IMG/VR virus record: IMGVR_UViG_3300030372_003368
Span: 1-35,556 of that record
Reading direction: 5' to 3' (one strand)
Length of the DNA stretch: 35,556 nt
From: a virus
Taxonomy: Duplodnaviria > Caudoviricetes
The translations under genes and the position numbers were made by a program. Positions 18,497-26,992 of this stretch are shown one piece after another (position 1 is the first letter of the stretch; the number at the start of each line of letters is the position of its first letter). The notes beneath the pieces were generated by a model. That model did no database searches. It saw only the letters and a list, made by a program, of their open reading frames with translations, and was not told the DNA's origin.

Positions 18497-20800
18497 TTAA
18501 TCCCCCGGTGACACTGACACGCGATAATCAAGCGCGAGCAATGTCATGTATAAGGGCTGCGACTGCGTGACCTCAACCTGACCCTTTCGGTCATATCCGA
18601 GAAACGGGCCGATCTGTTTGGTGCCAGTAAACTTGCTGACACCCTCGTCTAGCAGGTCGCTGCCGAGAGCGCGGAACGGAACATCAACGCCGTTGATCGT
18701 CATGCTCTGCGTATTGTCGAGAATGGCACTGACACGCACGACGCGCTTCTTTCCGCCTAGCACCGGGCCTTGAGGCAATCGCGTCTCTACCGGCATAGTC
18801 CGGGCAAGCGGTGTGGTTTTTGTTGCACCGGCAAGCGTGTCGCTGAAGCTCGGGTATTCTAACCCGATCTCTAGGTATGTCGTTGCTGTGCGATCGGTTG
18901 TGATTGCATTGCTGCTCACAGTCTCGTCACCAAGCATCGCATCATCGGCAATGACTTTGACCGACTGCCCCTCAAGGTGGTTCAGGCTGCTGACAGACGT
19001 GCTGCCGGGCAGGTTACCGGCAGCGCTCGTATATTGATACGATGCATCTGTTGTGTGGTTGTTATCAAACACCTCAAGATAGTAGACAGTTGCCGAGTTG
19101 ATCGTGCGCTTGACCACAGCATAGACAAGCGGCACGTCCGCATCCTCAACGCCGACATCTTCAAACGTGCCCGACGTGGTGAGCAGTGACGGTGCCACGA
19201 CGTTCTGCGAGCGCAGTATGCTGAACACAGCCATACTGCCGTCACCGCTGTTCACGATGTGCAACAGATCGCCCTCGTCTACGTTGGTGCCCCGGCGCAT
19301 CGCCATTCGCGACGGCGTTTGCAGAAGGTGAGACGACAGCATTGAAATGTCGTTAGATATGTAGCTGCCTTCAATGTCGGAAAACAGAAACTCGCGGATC
19401 GCCTTGCCACCACGCTGCAGGTACAGCGTCCCGCCCTCAGTGCTTACCGGCCGCGTGCCGCTCTGAGACCCACGGCGGGTGCTTGGCTTGAAAATAAAGT
19501 TCAGCGGCGACAGTGGCTCGCCGTCGAGCTGCGGCACTACAAACTCCGTGCCCGTCGTAAACACTTGAAAGTCACGACCGGAAAACACGCCGACGATAGC
19601 ATTGACCTGATCGGTGTCAATCGTTGCCTCTAAGCCCTCGTCATCCAAGGACTGCCCCGGATCGAAATTAAAGAACTGTCCGACGCGAGACCCCCATATT
19701 GTCGTCGGCAGGTTCTGTGCGCCGCCCACGAGCAGACGGCCCTCATGGAACGCAGCACTGCGCGGCCAGCCCTTGTAGGTACTCCACGCATCCTCATAGC
19801 CACTCTCAAGTACCCAATTACCGGAGGATATAGAGGACGTGTTGAAAAACGGTATCTCGACCTGCGCCTCAACAACTGTGGTTGATGTGAAGCTGACAAT
19901 GCGTGCCCGGCCGAAGTTGTTTGTGTTCTCGCAATACTGACCAACCACACTGCTGACAGTATAGGTTGACGTGGCGTCGGGCTGCGTCGTCCACGCAGAC
20001 GACACTGTCGCGACCTTACTGCTGCCGACATAATCGGAAATAATCCGCGTCTGACCGTTCCCGGTCCCGCCCGTTATGCGGACTGTAGCACCGTTATAGA
20101 TGTCATCAGTAGCAAGTGCGCCCGACTTTAGCGTAATCGTGCTGCTACCTCCCGCCTGCGCTGTGCCGGTGTCACCGTCGTGAAATACTGCAGAGCCTGC
20201 CGTTAGCGTAACCGCACCGTCTACCTTCGATGGCGTCAGTGTCGCTGCCGGGTTTGTCTCTGTCAGTGTGAAAGCAAATTTGGGTATGTAGTCAAAGGAG
20301 AGGTCACTAACCGTCCACGTTGAATGCGAGGCACCGCGCACGATCTTCAGCGGCGTCATCGTCTCCTCAAACAATAGCAGCGTGTCAGCGCTCTGCGTGT
20401 ACCACAAGTTAGACAATCGAGCAGATGTCACCCCGTCAGTGACGCCCGACACACTTGAGGACACGTCAAGGAAGTCATCACTCCCACCGTTGATGCCGGT
20501 GACCTGCGTGCCTTCTCGGAAGATATACATGCGTGTGCCGACGAAAATGAGCATGTAGGTCTGCGTCGTGGAAAATTGAAACGGCACCAACCGCACGCCG
20601 TTTTGTGGTGAAGCGGCAGACGGTATCTCGTACAAAAACCGGAGACCGGGGCGGCGCTCGATCGAGCCCTGCGGCTTACAGATTACATTACGCGCACGCT
20701 CTAGTGCACTCTCGTATTGTCTCAGATCAATACGACCGCGCAGTTCCGGGTTGATCTCACCGACCGCGAAATTCGTTTGGACTTTGATGACGCGGCTCAT
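18497..20800 (-). CDS. Tail tubular protein B / nozzle (gp12-like)
   Basis: QTNF..GE..P.L.GR.D, RRPG, F.FS..Q.Y.L.F, YTQSAD, GWP....FHEGRL. Confidence 0.9.
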   Translation of the reverse strand: MSRVIKVQTNFAVGEINPELRGRIDLRQYESALERARNVICKPQGSIERRPGLRFLYEIPSAASPQNGVRLVPFQFSTTQTYMLIFVGTRMYIFREGTQVTGINGGSDDFLDVSSSVSGVTDGVTSARLSNLWYTQSADTLLLFEETMTPLKIVRGASHSTWTVSDLSFDYIPKFAFTLTETNPAATLTPSKVDGAVTLTAGSAVFHDGDTGTAQAGGSSTITLKSGALATDDIYNGATVRITGGTGNGQTRIISDYVGSSKVATVSSAWTTQPDATSTYTVSSVVGQYCENTNNFGRARIVSFTSTTVVEAQVEIPFFNTSSISSGNWVLESGYEDAWSTYKGWPRSAAFHEGRLLVGGAQNLPTTIWGSRVGQFFNFDPGQSLDDEGLEATIDTDQVNAIVGVFSGRDFQVFTTGTEFVVPQLDGEPLSPLNFIFKPSTRRGSQSGTRPVSTEGGTLYLQRGGKAIREFLFSDIEGSYISNDISMLSSHLLQTPSRMAMRRGTNVDEGDLLHIVNSGDGSMAVFSILRSQNVVAPSLLTTSGTFEDVGVEDADVPLVYAVVKRTINSATVYYLEVFDNNHTTDASYQYTSAAGNLPGSTSVSSLNHLEGQSVKVIADDAMLGDETVSSNAITTDRTATTYLEIGLEYPSFSDTLAGATKTTPLARTMPVETRLPQGPVLGGKKRVVRVSAILDNTQSMTINGVDVPFRALGSDLLDEGVSKFTGTKQIGPFLGYDRKGQVEVTQSQPLYMTLLALDYRVSVSPGD

Positions 20801-21426
20801 GCAAGGGTCAACCGTGTATCAATAAGCGGGAAGTCTTGGATGAACGAGGTGCCGCTGCCCATGCCATCGACTGCAGCCGCTTGCCGGAAGTAACCGCCAC
20901 GCCCGCCCTCTGCGGGCGAACCGTATGCCAGTTGCTGAAAGTATGCTGCCTTTTGCGTTTGGTCAGTGACCGGCTCGGCAAGGATGCTCGCCATGACATA
21001 CTTCAGCAATTGCACAAAGTATGACGGCATGACCTGCTCTAATGGCCGGAACTGATAGTCGATCGTAATGTTTTCCTGATCAGTGATGATCGCCTGCTCA
21101 TACACTTCCCAACCGGTAGTGATCGGCGAAGCACCTACGTCGCTGCTGTTAAAAACAGCGCGAGGTACGCCCGTCAGGCTGTCACTCGGCATCGGATAGG
21201 CATAGGAAAATTCATTGACCGGGGCCGTCGCTGAACGCGCTAGGTCGACCTTTTTAATCGACCACGACCACGGGTATTTGATCAAAAGACTGTCTCGGGT
21301 GTGCGGGTAAAGCTCAGCGCTGAGATTGGCGCTTGTGGTTCCATCCGCAAACGACGAAATCGCACTATCCCCCAACAATTGAAGGGCGTGCGAGCAAATG
21401 GTTACCTCAGTGTCGTCTGTCGCCAT
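20797..21426 (-). CDS. Tail tubular protein A / adaptor (gp11-like)
   Basis: ICSHAL.LLG...ISSF, YP..RD.LL..YPWSW. Confidence 0.9.
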   Translation of the reverse strand: MATDDTEVTICSHALQLLGDSAISSFADGTTSANLSAELYPHTRDSLLIKYPWSWSIKKVDLARSATAPVNEFSYAYPMPSDSLTGVPRAVFNSSDVGASPITTGWEVYEQAIITDQENITIDYQFRPLEQVMPSYFVQLLKYVMASILAEPVTDQTQKAAYFQQLAYGSPAEGGRGGYFRQAAAVDGMGSGTSFIQDFPLIDTRLTLA

Positions 21427-21440
21427 TTGTCCCCCGAAAT

Positions 21441-21512
21441 CCCCGAGACAGGTGGAAGAGGCCTGCCTCGGGGTGGGAAGCGCTGTCGAGGAGAGGAAAA
21501 GGACTCGACAGC
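21441..21512 (-). promoter_or_regulatory. Tandem hairpins with pyrimidine-rich loops between the head and tail genes
   Basis: Stems 21441-21452/21462-21473 and 21482-21490/21504-21512. Confidence 0.6.
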
Positions 21513-21521
21513 TGGGTGTGC

Positions 21522-21803
21522 TTAGTCGGAGTCGGTCGCCGTGATGGTAAGCCCATCAACGGTATCGACTGCCGAACCGGTGTTGGCGTTGACGTAAGAC
21601 CACGTCAGCACCGGAGTGCCGCCGGTCGCTGAAGCAACGAGAATGACATCGTTGACCTTCAACAAGTCGGCTGCGCTGTTGAAGTAGTTGGCCGCTCGCA
21701 CAACCGACTGAGCATCGGTTGTACTATACGACCATATCTGCGGAGCATTACCGGCTTTGTTACCGCCACCGATGAGGTTGAGTCCGTCTTTATCGTAAGC
21801 CAT
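21522..21803 (-). CDS. Probable capsid decoration / minor head protein
   Basis: 93 aa immediately after MCP, with AGGAG RBS. Confidence 0.65.
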   Translation of the reverse strand: MAYDKDGLNLIGGGNKAGNAPQIWSYSTTDAQSVVRAANYFNSAADLLKVNDVILVASATGGTPVLTWSYVNANTGSAVDTVDGLTITATDSD

Positions 21804-21813
21804 GCTCTATCTC

Positions 21814-22656
21814 CTAGCTCTCGCGGGTTGTTATGCGAACGATACCGTTGTCATCGACCGCAATCGCGCCTGCTGAAAGCATGCAGTTGGTCAGCCACGC
21901 AGCTCGCTCGGGCACATAGTTGATTTCGGTTTTGATACCGATGCCTTCTGCGTAGCCCAATGCGGACTTGTGCATCGCGTAGCAGGTACGATCGCTTGAG
22001 CCGTCGATGGTCAAGCCACCTTCGTCCATGTCGCCCATTACGATGACAGTAAAGCCCATGTACTGATCCACCGCTCCGCTCATAAGAGCACGGGCAGAAA
22101 CATAATCGACGCTCGTTGCCTGTTCTTCACTGAGCAGGTTGGCAAGGCCGTTGGCGTGAATGATCAGGAAACGATCATTCGCCGGGACGTTCTTGGCGTT
22201 GAGCTTTTTGGCCGCTTCACGAATTTTTGCAAAGTTTAAATTTGTGTTGCTGCCACCAATGCTGTTGGCGACCGTCTGCGGCGAGCTTGCCGCATCAAGT
22301 GCGTCAATTTTGATCTGATCAGCGCGACGACCAATGGCGTTCGAGACGACCTCAACGAGTTCCTGTCGCTCGTCATAATTGACCTTCTGTTGATCGAAGA
22401 TCGAGGTGTATTCCGGTGCCACATAATCGGTGAGTGTTGCCGTCACGTTTGAGTGCGTGACGTTGAGCGCAGACACGTTAGTCGAAGGGATGTGCACGGT
22501 GGCCTGTCCCGCTCCGATTTTGGGGAATTGGACCGTGCTGCCCACGACGCCCGTGCGTGTGCGACAAGCCGATGCTAACTTTTGGACGCTTTGGTAATTT
22601 TGGTGAACCTCGGCCTCAAAAAGTTTTACGAAATTTGTTGATAGACTCACAGCCAT
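21814..22656 (-). CDS. Major capsid protein
   Basis: MAVSLSTNFVKLFEAEVH..YQ..KL, located after the scaffold. Likely start is ATG 22656, not 22800. Confidence 0.92.
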   Translation of the reverse strand: MAVSLSTNFVKLFEAEVHQNYQSVQKLASACRTRTGVVGSTVQFPKIGAGQATVHIPSTNVSALNVTHSNVTATLTDYVAPEYTSIFDQQKVNYDERQELVEVVSNAIGRRADQIKIDALDAASSPQTVANSIGGSNTNLNFAKIREAAKKLNAKNVPANDRFLIIHANGLANLLSEEQATSVDYVSARALMSGAVDQYMGFTVIVMGDMDEGGLTIDGSSDRTCYAMHKSALGYAEGIGIKTEINYVPERAAWLTNCMLSAGAIAVDDNGIVRITTRES

Positions 22657-22770
22657 ATCGAAAAAATCTCCGTAGGGGTTAAGACAAATCGCCAAGACGT
22701 TGGGGACGAATGTCCGGGTCAGGCTTGCGCTATGCGCCGCAGACCGATCCTTACGGAGTAGGGTCACCCA
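22657..22770 (-). ncRNA. Candidate structured cis-regulatory leader of the capsid gene
   Basis: Basal stem 22749-22758/22668-22677 encloses a multi-way junction and pairs the GGAG RBS. Confidence 0.5.
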
Positions 22771-22771
22771 A

Positions 22772-22818
22772 TCAGATGCACACTTTCTGTCATATGTCAA
22801 TCATAACCGTTATGACTA
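22772..22818 (-). promoter_or_regulatory. Capsid promoter: TTGACA -35 with abutting palindrome
   Basis: TTGACA at 22800-22795 and perfect IR TCATAAC-C-GTTATGA at 22801-22815. The -10 is weak. Confidence 0.55.
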
Positions 22819-22823
22819 CGGAC

Positions 22824-22850
22824 AAAAAAGACCCGGCACTAAGGCCGGGC
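22824..22850 (-). terminator. Intrinsic terminator after the scaffold gene
   Basis: GCCCGGC-CTTAGT-GCCGGGT followed by CTTTTTT on the minus strand. Confidence 0.85.
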
Positions 22851-22891
22851 CAGTTTCCTGACTGTGGCAGACAGTCAGGTGGGGGAGGAAC

Positions 22892-23686
22892 TTATCCGAA
22901 CGTCGGCGCGTGCCCATCCTTGCCATAGACACGCTCGAATTGCTTATAAACCTTATTGCGGTATGCCGGATTGGATTGGTACTCGGGCGAGGCAATCATC
23001 GACTGCAAGTCATCTGCTGTCGGTGTGTCATCACCGTCAGGCGTTGCCTGCACGGGTATAGGCTTCTCGCCATAATATTGCCGCAATCTTGTCAGGGCGC
23101 GGATACCGGAGGCCGTGCCGCCCCACACTTTAAATTCCTCGAAATCATCCTCGGTCCACACACCGCGCTGTACCAGTGACTGCGCCCATTTGACCTGTCC
23201 GTTGATCATCTCCTCGGCATTCGGGCCAAGTTGTCGCAACTCTTCCTCGCGGTCGAACTGTTCCTCGATTGGGTCTTGCTGCTCCGGCATTTGCTCCATG
23301 ACCATTCCGACGACGGCCTCAAAGTCGTCCTGCGTCAGCCCGCGATCCTTGGCGACTTCGCGGAACTTGGTCAGCAGCGCATCATCTTCCGGCAGTTTTT
23401 CCTGCAGGAATTTTACGTCGTAGTCCTTGTCACCTTCGGGGATCAGGTGCTTGCCGTTGCGTAGCTTTTTGTAGAGTTCCTGCTGCGATTTGGCGAGGTT
23501 CTCATAATCGGCCTCGCCATCGTTCCAAAATCGATCAGGCAACCACTCGGGTTTCTCGCCGCTGGCCGCTTTATCGACATGCTCAATTGCATCGTCTTCT
23601 TGTGCTGGCTCTTCGCTCTCGATCTTCGCAGCATCAAGCAGGCCGGTTTCCGGCGCTGCCTGCTCTTCCGTTTGCTCTTCACTCAT
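22892..23686 (-). CDS. Capsid scaffolding protein
   Basis: Very acidic, KPEWLPDRFW...LAKS..EL.KKL, between portal and MCP. Confidence 0.88.
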   Translation of the reverse strand: MSEEQTEEQAAPETGLLDAAKIESEEPAQEDDAIEHVDKAASGEKPEWLPDRFWNDGEADYENLAKSQQELYKKLRNGKHLIPEGDKDYDVKFLQEKLPEDDALLTKFREVAKDRGLTQDDFEAVVGMVMEQMPEQQDPIEEQFDREEELRQLGPNAEEMINGQVKWAQSLVQRGVWTEDDFEEFKVWGGTASGIRALTRLRQYYGEKPIPVQATPDGDDTPTADDLQSMIASPEYQSNPAYRNKVYKQFERVYGKDGHAPTFG

Positions 23687-23973
23687 CTCTCTTTTGATCT
23701 CTCTGCTCTGTTTACAATCTCTCGGATCAGCGCGTTTTGACCCTCGCGGTAATACCCAAACTCAGGATCATACCCCGGTGCCCATGCGGGTTGGTGGAGA
23801 AAAGCACCGCACATCCACTCCAACATCTTCTCCCCGTCTTGGCTTTCAAGTATGCGATTGAGTGCCCGGTCGAGTTCCGCTGCTTCTGTTTCAGTTTGTT
23901 TCAGCGGCAGTGGGCTGTCAGCGTTTACGCCTTCCCACCCCGGCGTCGTGATGTCGATCACGTCAGCAGTCAT
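23683..23973 (-). CDS. Conserved head-module protein (Bbp19-like)
   Basis: S.DGEKMLEW...YYREGQNALIREI, between portal and scaffold. Confidence 0.7.
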   Translation of the reverse strand: MTADVIDITTPGWEGVNADSPLPLKQTETEAAELDRALNRILESQDGEKMLEWMCGAFLHQPAWAPGYDPEFGYYREGQNALIREIVNRAERSKER

Positions 23974-24074
23974 CGCCGTCCCCCTTGCGGCCCGCACCGA
24001 TCGCAATGCAGCCGTTTATCAACCTGATGTAACTGATCGCTACCGCATTTCTTGCAGGTCCGCTTTCGACTCAT
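23970..24074 (-). CDS. 34-aa zinc-ribbon micro-protein (not in ORF track)
   Basis: MSRKRTCKKCGSDQLHQVDKRLHCDRCGPQGGRR*, with ATGA overlaps at both ends. Confidence 0.6.
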   Translation of the reverse strand: MSRKRTCKKCGSDQLHQVDKRLHCDRCGPQGGRR

Positions 24075-24133
24075 TTTTTCTTTTTCGGCGGGCGACCGCG
24101 TTTCTTGCCGTATGTGCCTTTCCCTGCGGGCAT
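24071..24133 (-). CDS. 20-aa basic AT-hook peptide (not in ORF track)
   Basis: MPAGKGTYGKKRGRPPKKKK*, TAATG-coupled to the portal stop, GGAG RBS. Confidence 0.65.
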   Translation of the reverse strand: MPAGKGTYGKKRGRPPKKKK

Positions 24134-25710
24134 TACACTACTCCTTCCGGTGTTGGTGCGGCAGGTGGCTGCATCGGCATGCCCGCCTGCTGCTGCTGTA
24201 TGAACTGCATCGCCTGCTCTTCGATCTCGGCACGCTCTTCCTGCGTGGTGCGTACCTCAAGCGGGACGCCTAACTTGTCGGCCACAAAATCGCTGACCGC
24301 GGCGTAGTTGATCATCGCCTGACCGACCGGACCAAGCTGCGAGCTTATGCCGATCCACTGCAGCACGTCCTGCACCTCGGTCATGTTTTGGGCTTGAGCG
24401 AGCGGGCTCACCGGTACGACTTTGACCTCAAGCCCGTTTATTTTGAGCGGTAGCGTTATCAGACCGGCGTCGTCCATGATCAACATCGATCGACGGACAA
24501 GCGGGACCATCGTCTCGGATATGAGCCTCCCGAAAGCACTTCCTAGATTGGTGGCGAGCTCGCGCATGCGTTCTACGATTTCTGTAGCACTACGGGCAGA
24601 CATATTATCGGGCGGCAAGCTGTCATCGAGCAGCGTGCGCTTGATATTCATCCTCAAGTCCTGCAGCACAATCTGACTGAGTTGCAGATCGCCTGCACGC
24701 GGCAGCGGCATGAGTGACGGGCCTGCCGGGCCTGCATTACGTGCAACCGGAATAATAGCGCCGGGCGCTACGCGAATGGTTTGCGGATTAAGCACGCCGT
24801 CATCGACAGCGGTATACATTCCGCTGATACCAAGGCTGGCGTTTTTCAGCAGCAGTTCGACGGCCTTGTTGAGTGTCAAAATATCTGCGAGGCAGGCGAC
24901 CACGGGACCGCGTCCGTAAATCTCGCCGGCAATCTTTTGAAACCTGCTGACAATCCACGGTGATGACTTCAACTCGCGGTAGACCAGCATCGCGTCATCG
25001 CTGCGATCCTGCTCGCCTTTGTAACAGATGTAATAGCCGAAACTGCCGTCGCCGTTTCTAATCGTGCTCTCCTGCAGGTCGATCGGCTTATGTGGCTCGT
25101 CTTCGACAATGCGCCGCAGCACTTCCGGCAGCTCTGCGTCTTCCCATATGCGGTTGATATTTTCAGCGGCTACGCGCACCCGGCGATAGACGTTCTCCAC
25201 GTTGCCGTTGGGGCCCTCTTCCAAGGCGACGAGGAATTGCGGGATCGATTGAAACCGGATCGGCTCAAGATCGTCACCGGCTTGCACCAACATCACGCCG
25301 GTGCCGACGCAGAGGTCCATCAGAAACTCGCCCATTGCGAGGTCGAAATTCGTCTGCCGGATCAGGCTGAAAAATTTGTGCGTGTATTTCTGCAGACCAT
25401 CTGCGACATCCGCTCGACTCTCTTCGGGTATGTCGGTGCCGGGCTCCAGCACCATCCACTTTCGATCCGGCGGGAACAGGCCGCTTTGAATACGATTGGC
25501 GAAACGCTGCACGCCGTGGACGGCAGTGCTGTCGAAAACGGTCGATCCCTTTTTACGGCCGCCGACCTTGCCGTCATAATATCCGTCATAGAGGTTGCGC
25601 TGCGGCAGCGCGTATTCGTAGCACTGCTCATACAAGTCGCGGAAAGTTTCCTTGCGCGACCACGCGGCATTATAGCGCTTGGTCAGATCACCGACTGAAA
25701 GACGTGCCAT
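24133..25710 (-). CDS. Portal (head-to-tail connector)
   Basis: YEYALP.R, FDSTA, SGLFPP, GEIYGRGP, RSATEI.ER motifs of the T7 gp8-like family. Confidence 0.95.
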   Translation of the reverse strand: MARLSVGDLTKRYNAAWSRKETFRDLYEQCYEYALPQRNLYDGYYDGKVGGRKKGSTVFDSTAVHGVQRFANRIQSGLFPPDRKWMVLEPGTDIPEESRADVADGLQKYTHKFFSLIRQTNFDLAMGEFLMDLCVGTGVMLVQAGDDLEPIRFQSIPQFLVALEEGPNGNVENVYRRVRVAAENINRIWEDAELPEVLRRIVEDEPHKPIDLQESTIRNGDGSFGYYICYKGEQDRSDDAMLVYRELKSSPWIVSRFQKIAGEIYGRGPVVACLADILTLNKAVELLLKNASLGISGMYTAVDDGVLNPQTIRVAPGAIIPVARNAGPAGPSLMPLPRAGDLQLSQIVLQDLRMNIKRTLLDDSLPPDNMSARSATEIVERMRELATNLGSAFGRLISETMVPLVRRSMLIMDDAGLITLPLKINGLEVKVVPVSPLAQAQNMTEVQDVLQWIGISSQLGPVGQAMINYAAVSDFVADKLGVPLEVRTTQEERAEIEEQAMQFIQQQQAGMPMQPPAAPTPEGVV

Positions 25711-25955
25711 TATCCGGGCCCTAGCGTCGTGTTCATTGGTGCTGACGCGGTCGTCGTGCCGAGTGCTTCACCGGTAATGCCAAGGGGCGATCCGCTGATC
25801 AGTGCCCGACCACCACGGCGCGATCGGCGCTGTGCAGCCTGACGGCGTTGCGTATCTGTGCTTTCAACAGGCTTTGGCTCTGCCACGGGAGCAGGAGGAG
25901 GAGGAGGAGGAGGCGCGGGCCGCGACGGCCTTGAGACAATACCACCCATCACCAT
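25710..25955 (-). CDS. Pro-rich small virion-associated protein
   Basis: MGG...poly-Pro...RRxRRGGRALI...TTLG pattern, upstream of the portal. Confidence 0.7.
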   Translation of the reverse strand: MVMGGIVSRPSRPAPPPPPPPAPVAEPKPVESTDTQRRQAAQRRSRRGGRALISGSPLGITGEALGTTTASAPMNTTLGPG

Positions 25956-26221
25956 TTCTCCTTATTTGCCCAAAACGCTGCTGACATCTTACCCTTCGCT
26001 ATGTTTTTGGCGTGACGCGCTTTGAAGCTGCGCCGCCGCGCCTTACCTTTCTCAGTCTTCGGAGCGGACCCTGCGCCAGACACACCTTGCTGCCCAAATC
26101 TGATGAGTTTCACTTGCTCACCGCTCTTCGCGAGAACCGCGTGCGACTTATTGGGGTGGCTCGGTGTCAATTTTGGCCGGTTGTATCCGCTAAATTTCTC
26201 TCCTCGATAGGTAACGCTCAT
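25949..26221 (-). CDS. Basic conserved phage protein
   Basis: GYNRPK.TPSHP.KSH.V...KLIRFGQQG...RR.SFKARH...SAAFWA...W. Confidence 0.75.
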   Translation of the reverse strand: MSVTYRGEKFSGYNRPKLTPSHPNKSHAVLAKSGEQVKLIRFGQQGVSGAGSAPKTEKGKARRRSFKARHAKNIAKGKMSAAFWANKEKW

Positions 26222-26496
26222 GCTGTGCGGTTAGCCTGCTCGCGTGAGAACTCGGTCGTACTCGGCCCGAGTGTCGTGTCCTCGGGAATGCCGAGAAATG
26301 GATTGCTATCGTCCTGCGATAACAGCAAGCGGCGACCGGATTGACGGCGGGCGCGTTTACGCGCAGCGATCTGCTGTTTGTTTTCGCGTTCCTGTTGCGC
26401 GAGCCGTTCGTCCTGCTCCTGCTGTCGGCGTAATAACTCGGGATCAGGTCCCGGTGGTGGCGGTGGCGCTTGTGGTTTGCTGAATAACGCGGTCAT
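26218..26496 (-). CDS. Pro-rich small protein, paralog of 25710-25955
   Basis: Poly-Pro, ARRQSGRRLLL, TTLGP. Confidence 0.65.
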   Translation of the reverse strand: MTALFSKPQAPPPPPGPDPELLRRQQEQDERLAQQERENKQQIAARKRARRQSGRRLLLSQDDSNPFLGIPEDTTLGPSTTEFSREQANRTA

Positions 26497-26992
26497 GCAA
26501 CCTCGCAAACATAAAATAATCTGTTTCGTCAGGCCCGTAGCATTTCAGCAGGCCCTCCTCAACAAATCCTAGCGCTTTTATAAATCGAATGGCTGGTTCA
26601 TTGCGGGTACTTACTGTGCACTGAACGCGCACAATACTCAGCTCGTCCATAAGTATGTCCATGAGGCGTGTGGTTGCCGTCCAAAAAGGACGCACGACAG
26701 ACGTAAGTGCGGTATCGGTCAGCATCCACAACTCGCAGACGCCCGGCCACAGCTTAATGCAGCCCACGATGATGATTGGCTTGCCACGGTGGCACCCGAC
26801 ATATGCCGGCCCCATCTTGTCATACGCCGCAATCACCTGCTCGAATTGCGGGATGTGATCGAAAAACACGCGATCGGGCTCACGCAAATCCATCATCTGC
26901 AGCAAGGCCGGGTGGTAGGGTACGATCTGACAATCATATCTCGGCAGACCGCAGGCTTCTGTCAGTGCCGCGTAATCCTCAAGCAAAGACAT
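26444..26992 (-). CDS. GNAT-family acetyltransferase-like protein
   Basis: LWPGVCELW, RVQCTV...N..AIRF..ALGF.EEG.LK.YG. Confidence 0.8.
   Translation of the reverse strand: MSLLEDYAALTEACGLPRYDCQIVPYHPALLQMMDLREPDRVFFDHIPQFEQVIAAYDKMGPAYVGCHRGKPIIIVGCIKLWPGVCELWMLTDTALTSVVRPFWTATTRLMDILMDELSIVRVQCTVSTRNEPAIRFIKALGFVEEGLLKCYGPDETDYFMFARLHDRVIQQTTSATATTGT

Noticed and set aside
22657-22800. 48-aa N-terminal extension of the capsid ORF in the track
   Set aside because: It starts within the promoter and has no RBS; the GGAG precedes ATG 22656.
25893-25913. (GGA)n microsatellite as a phase-variation locus
   Set aside because: It encodes the poly-Pro tract, and triplet slippage would not change the frame.
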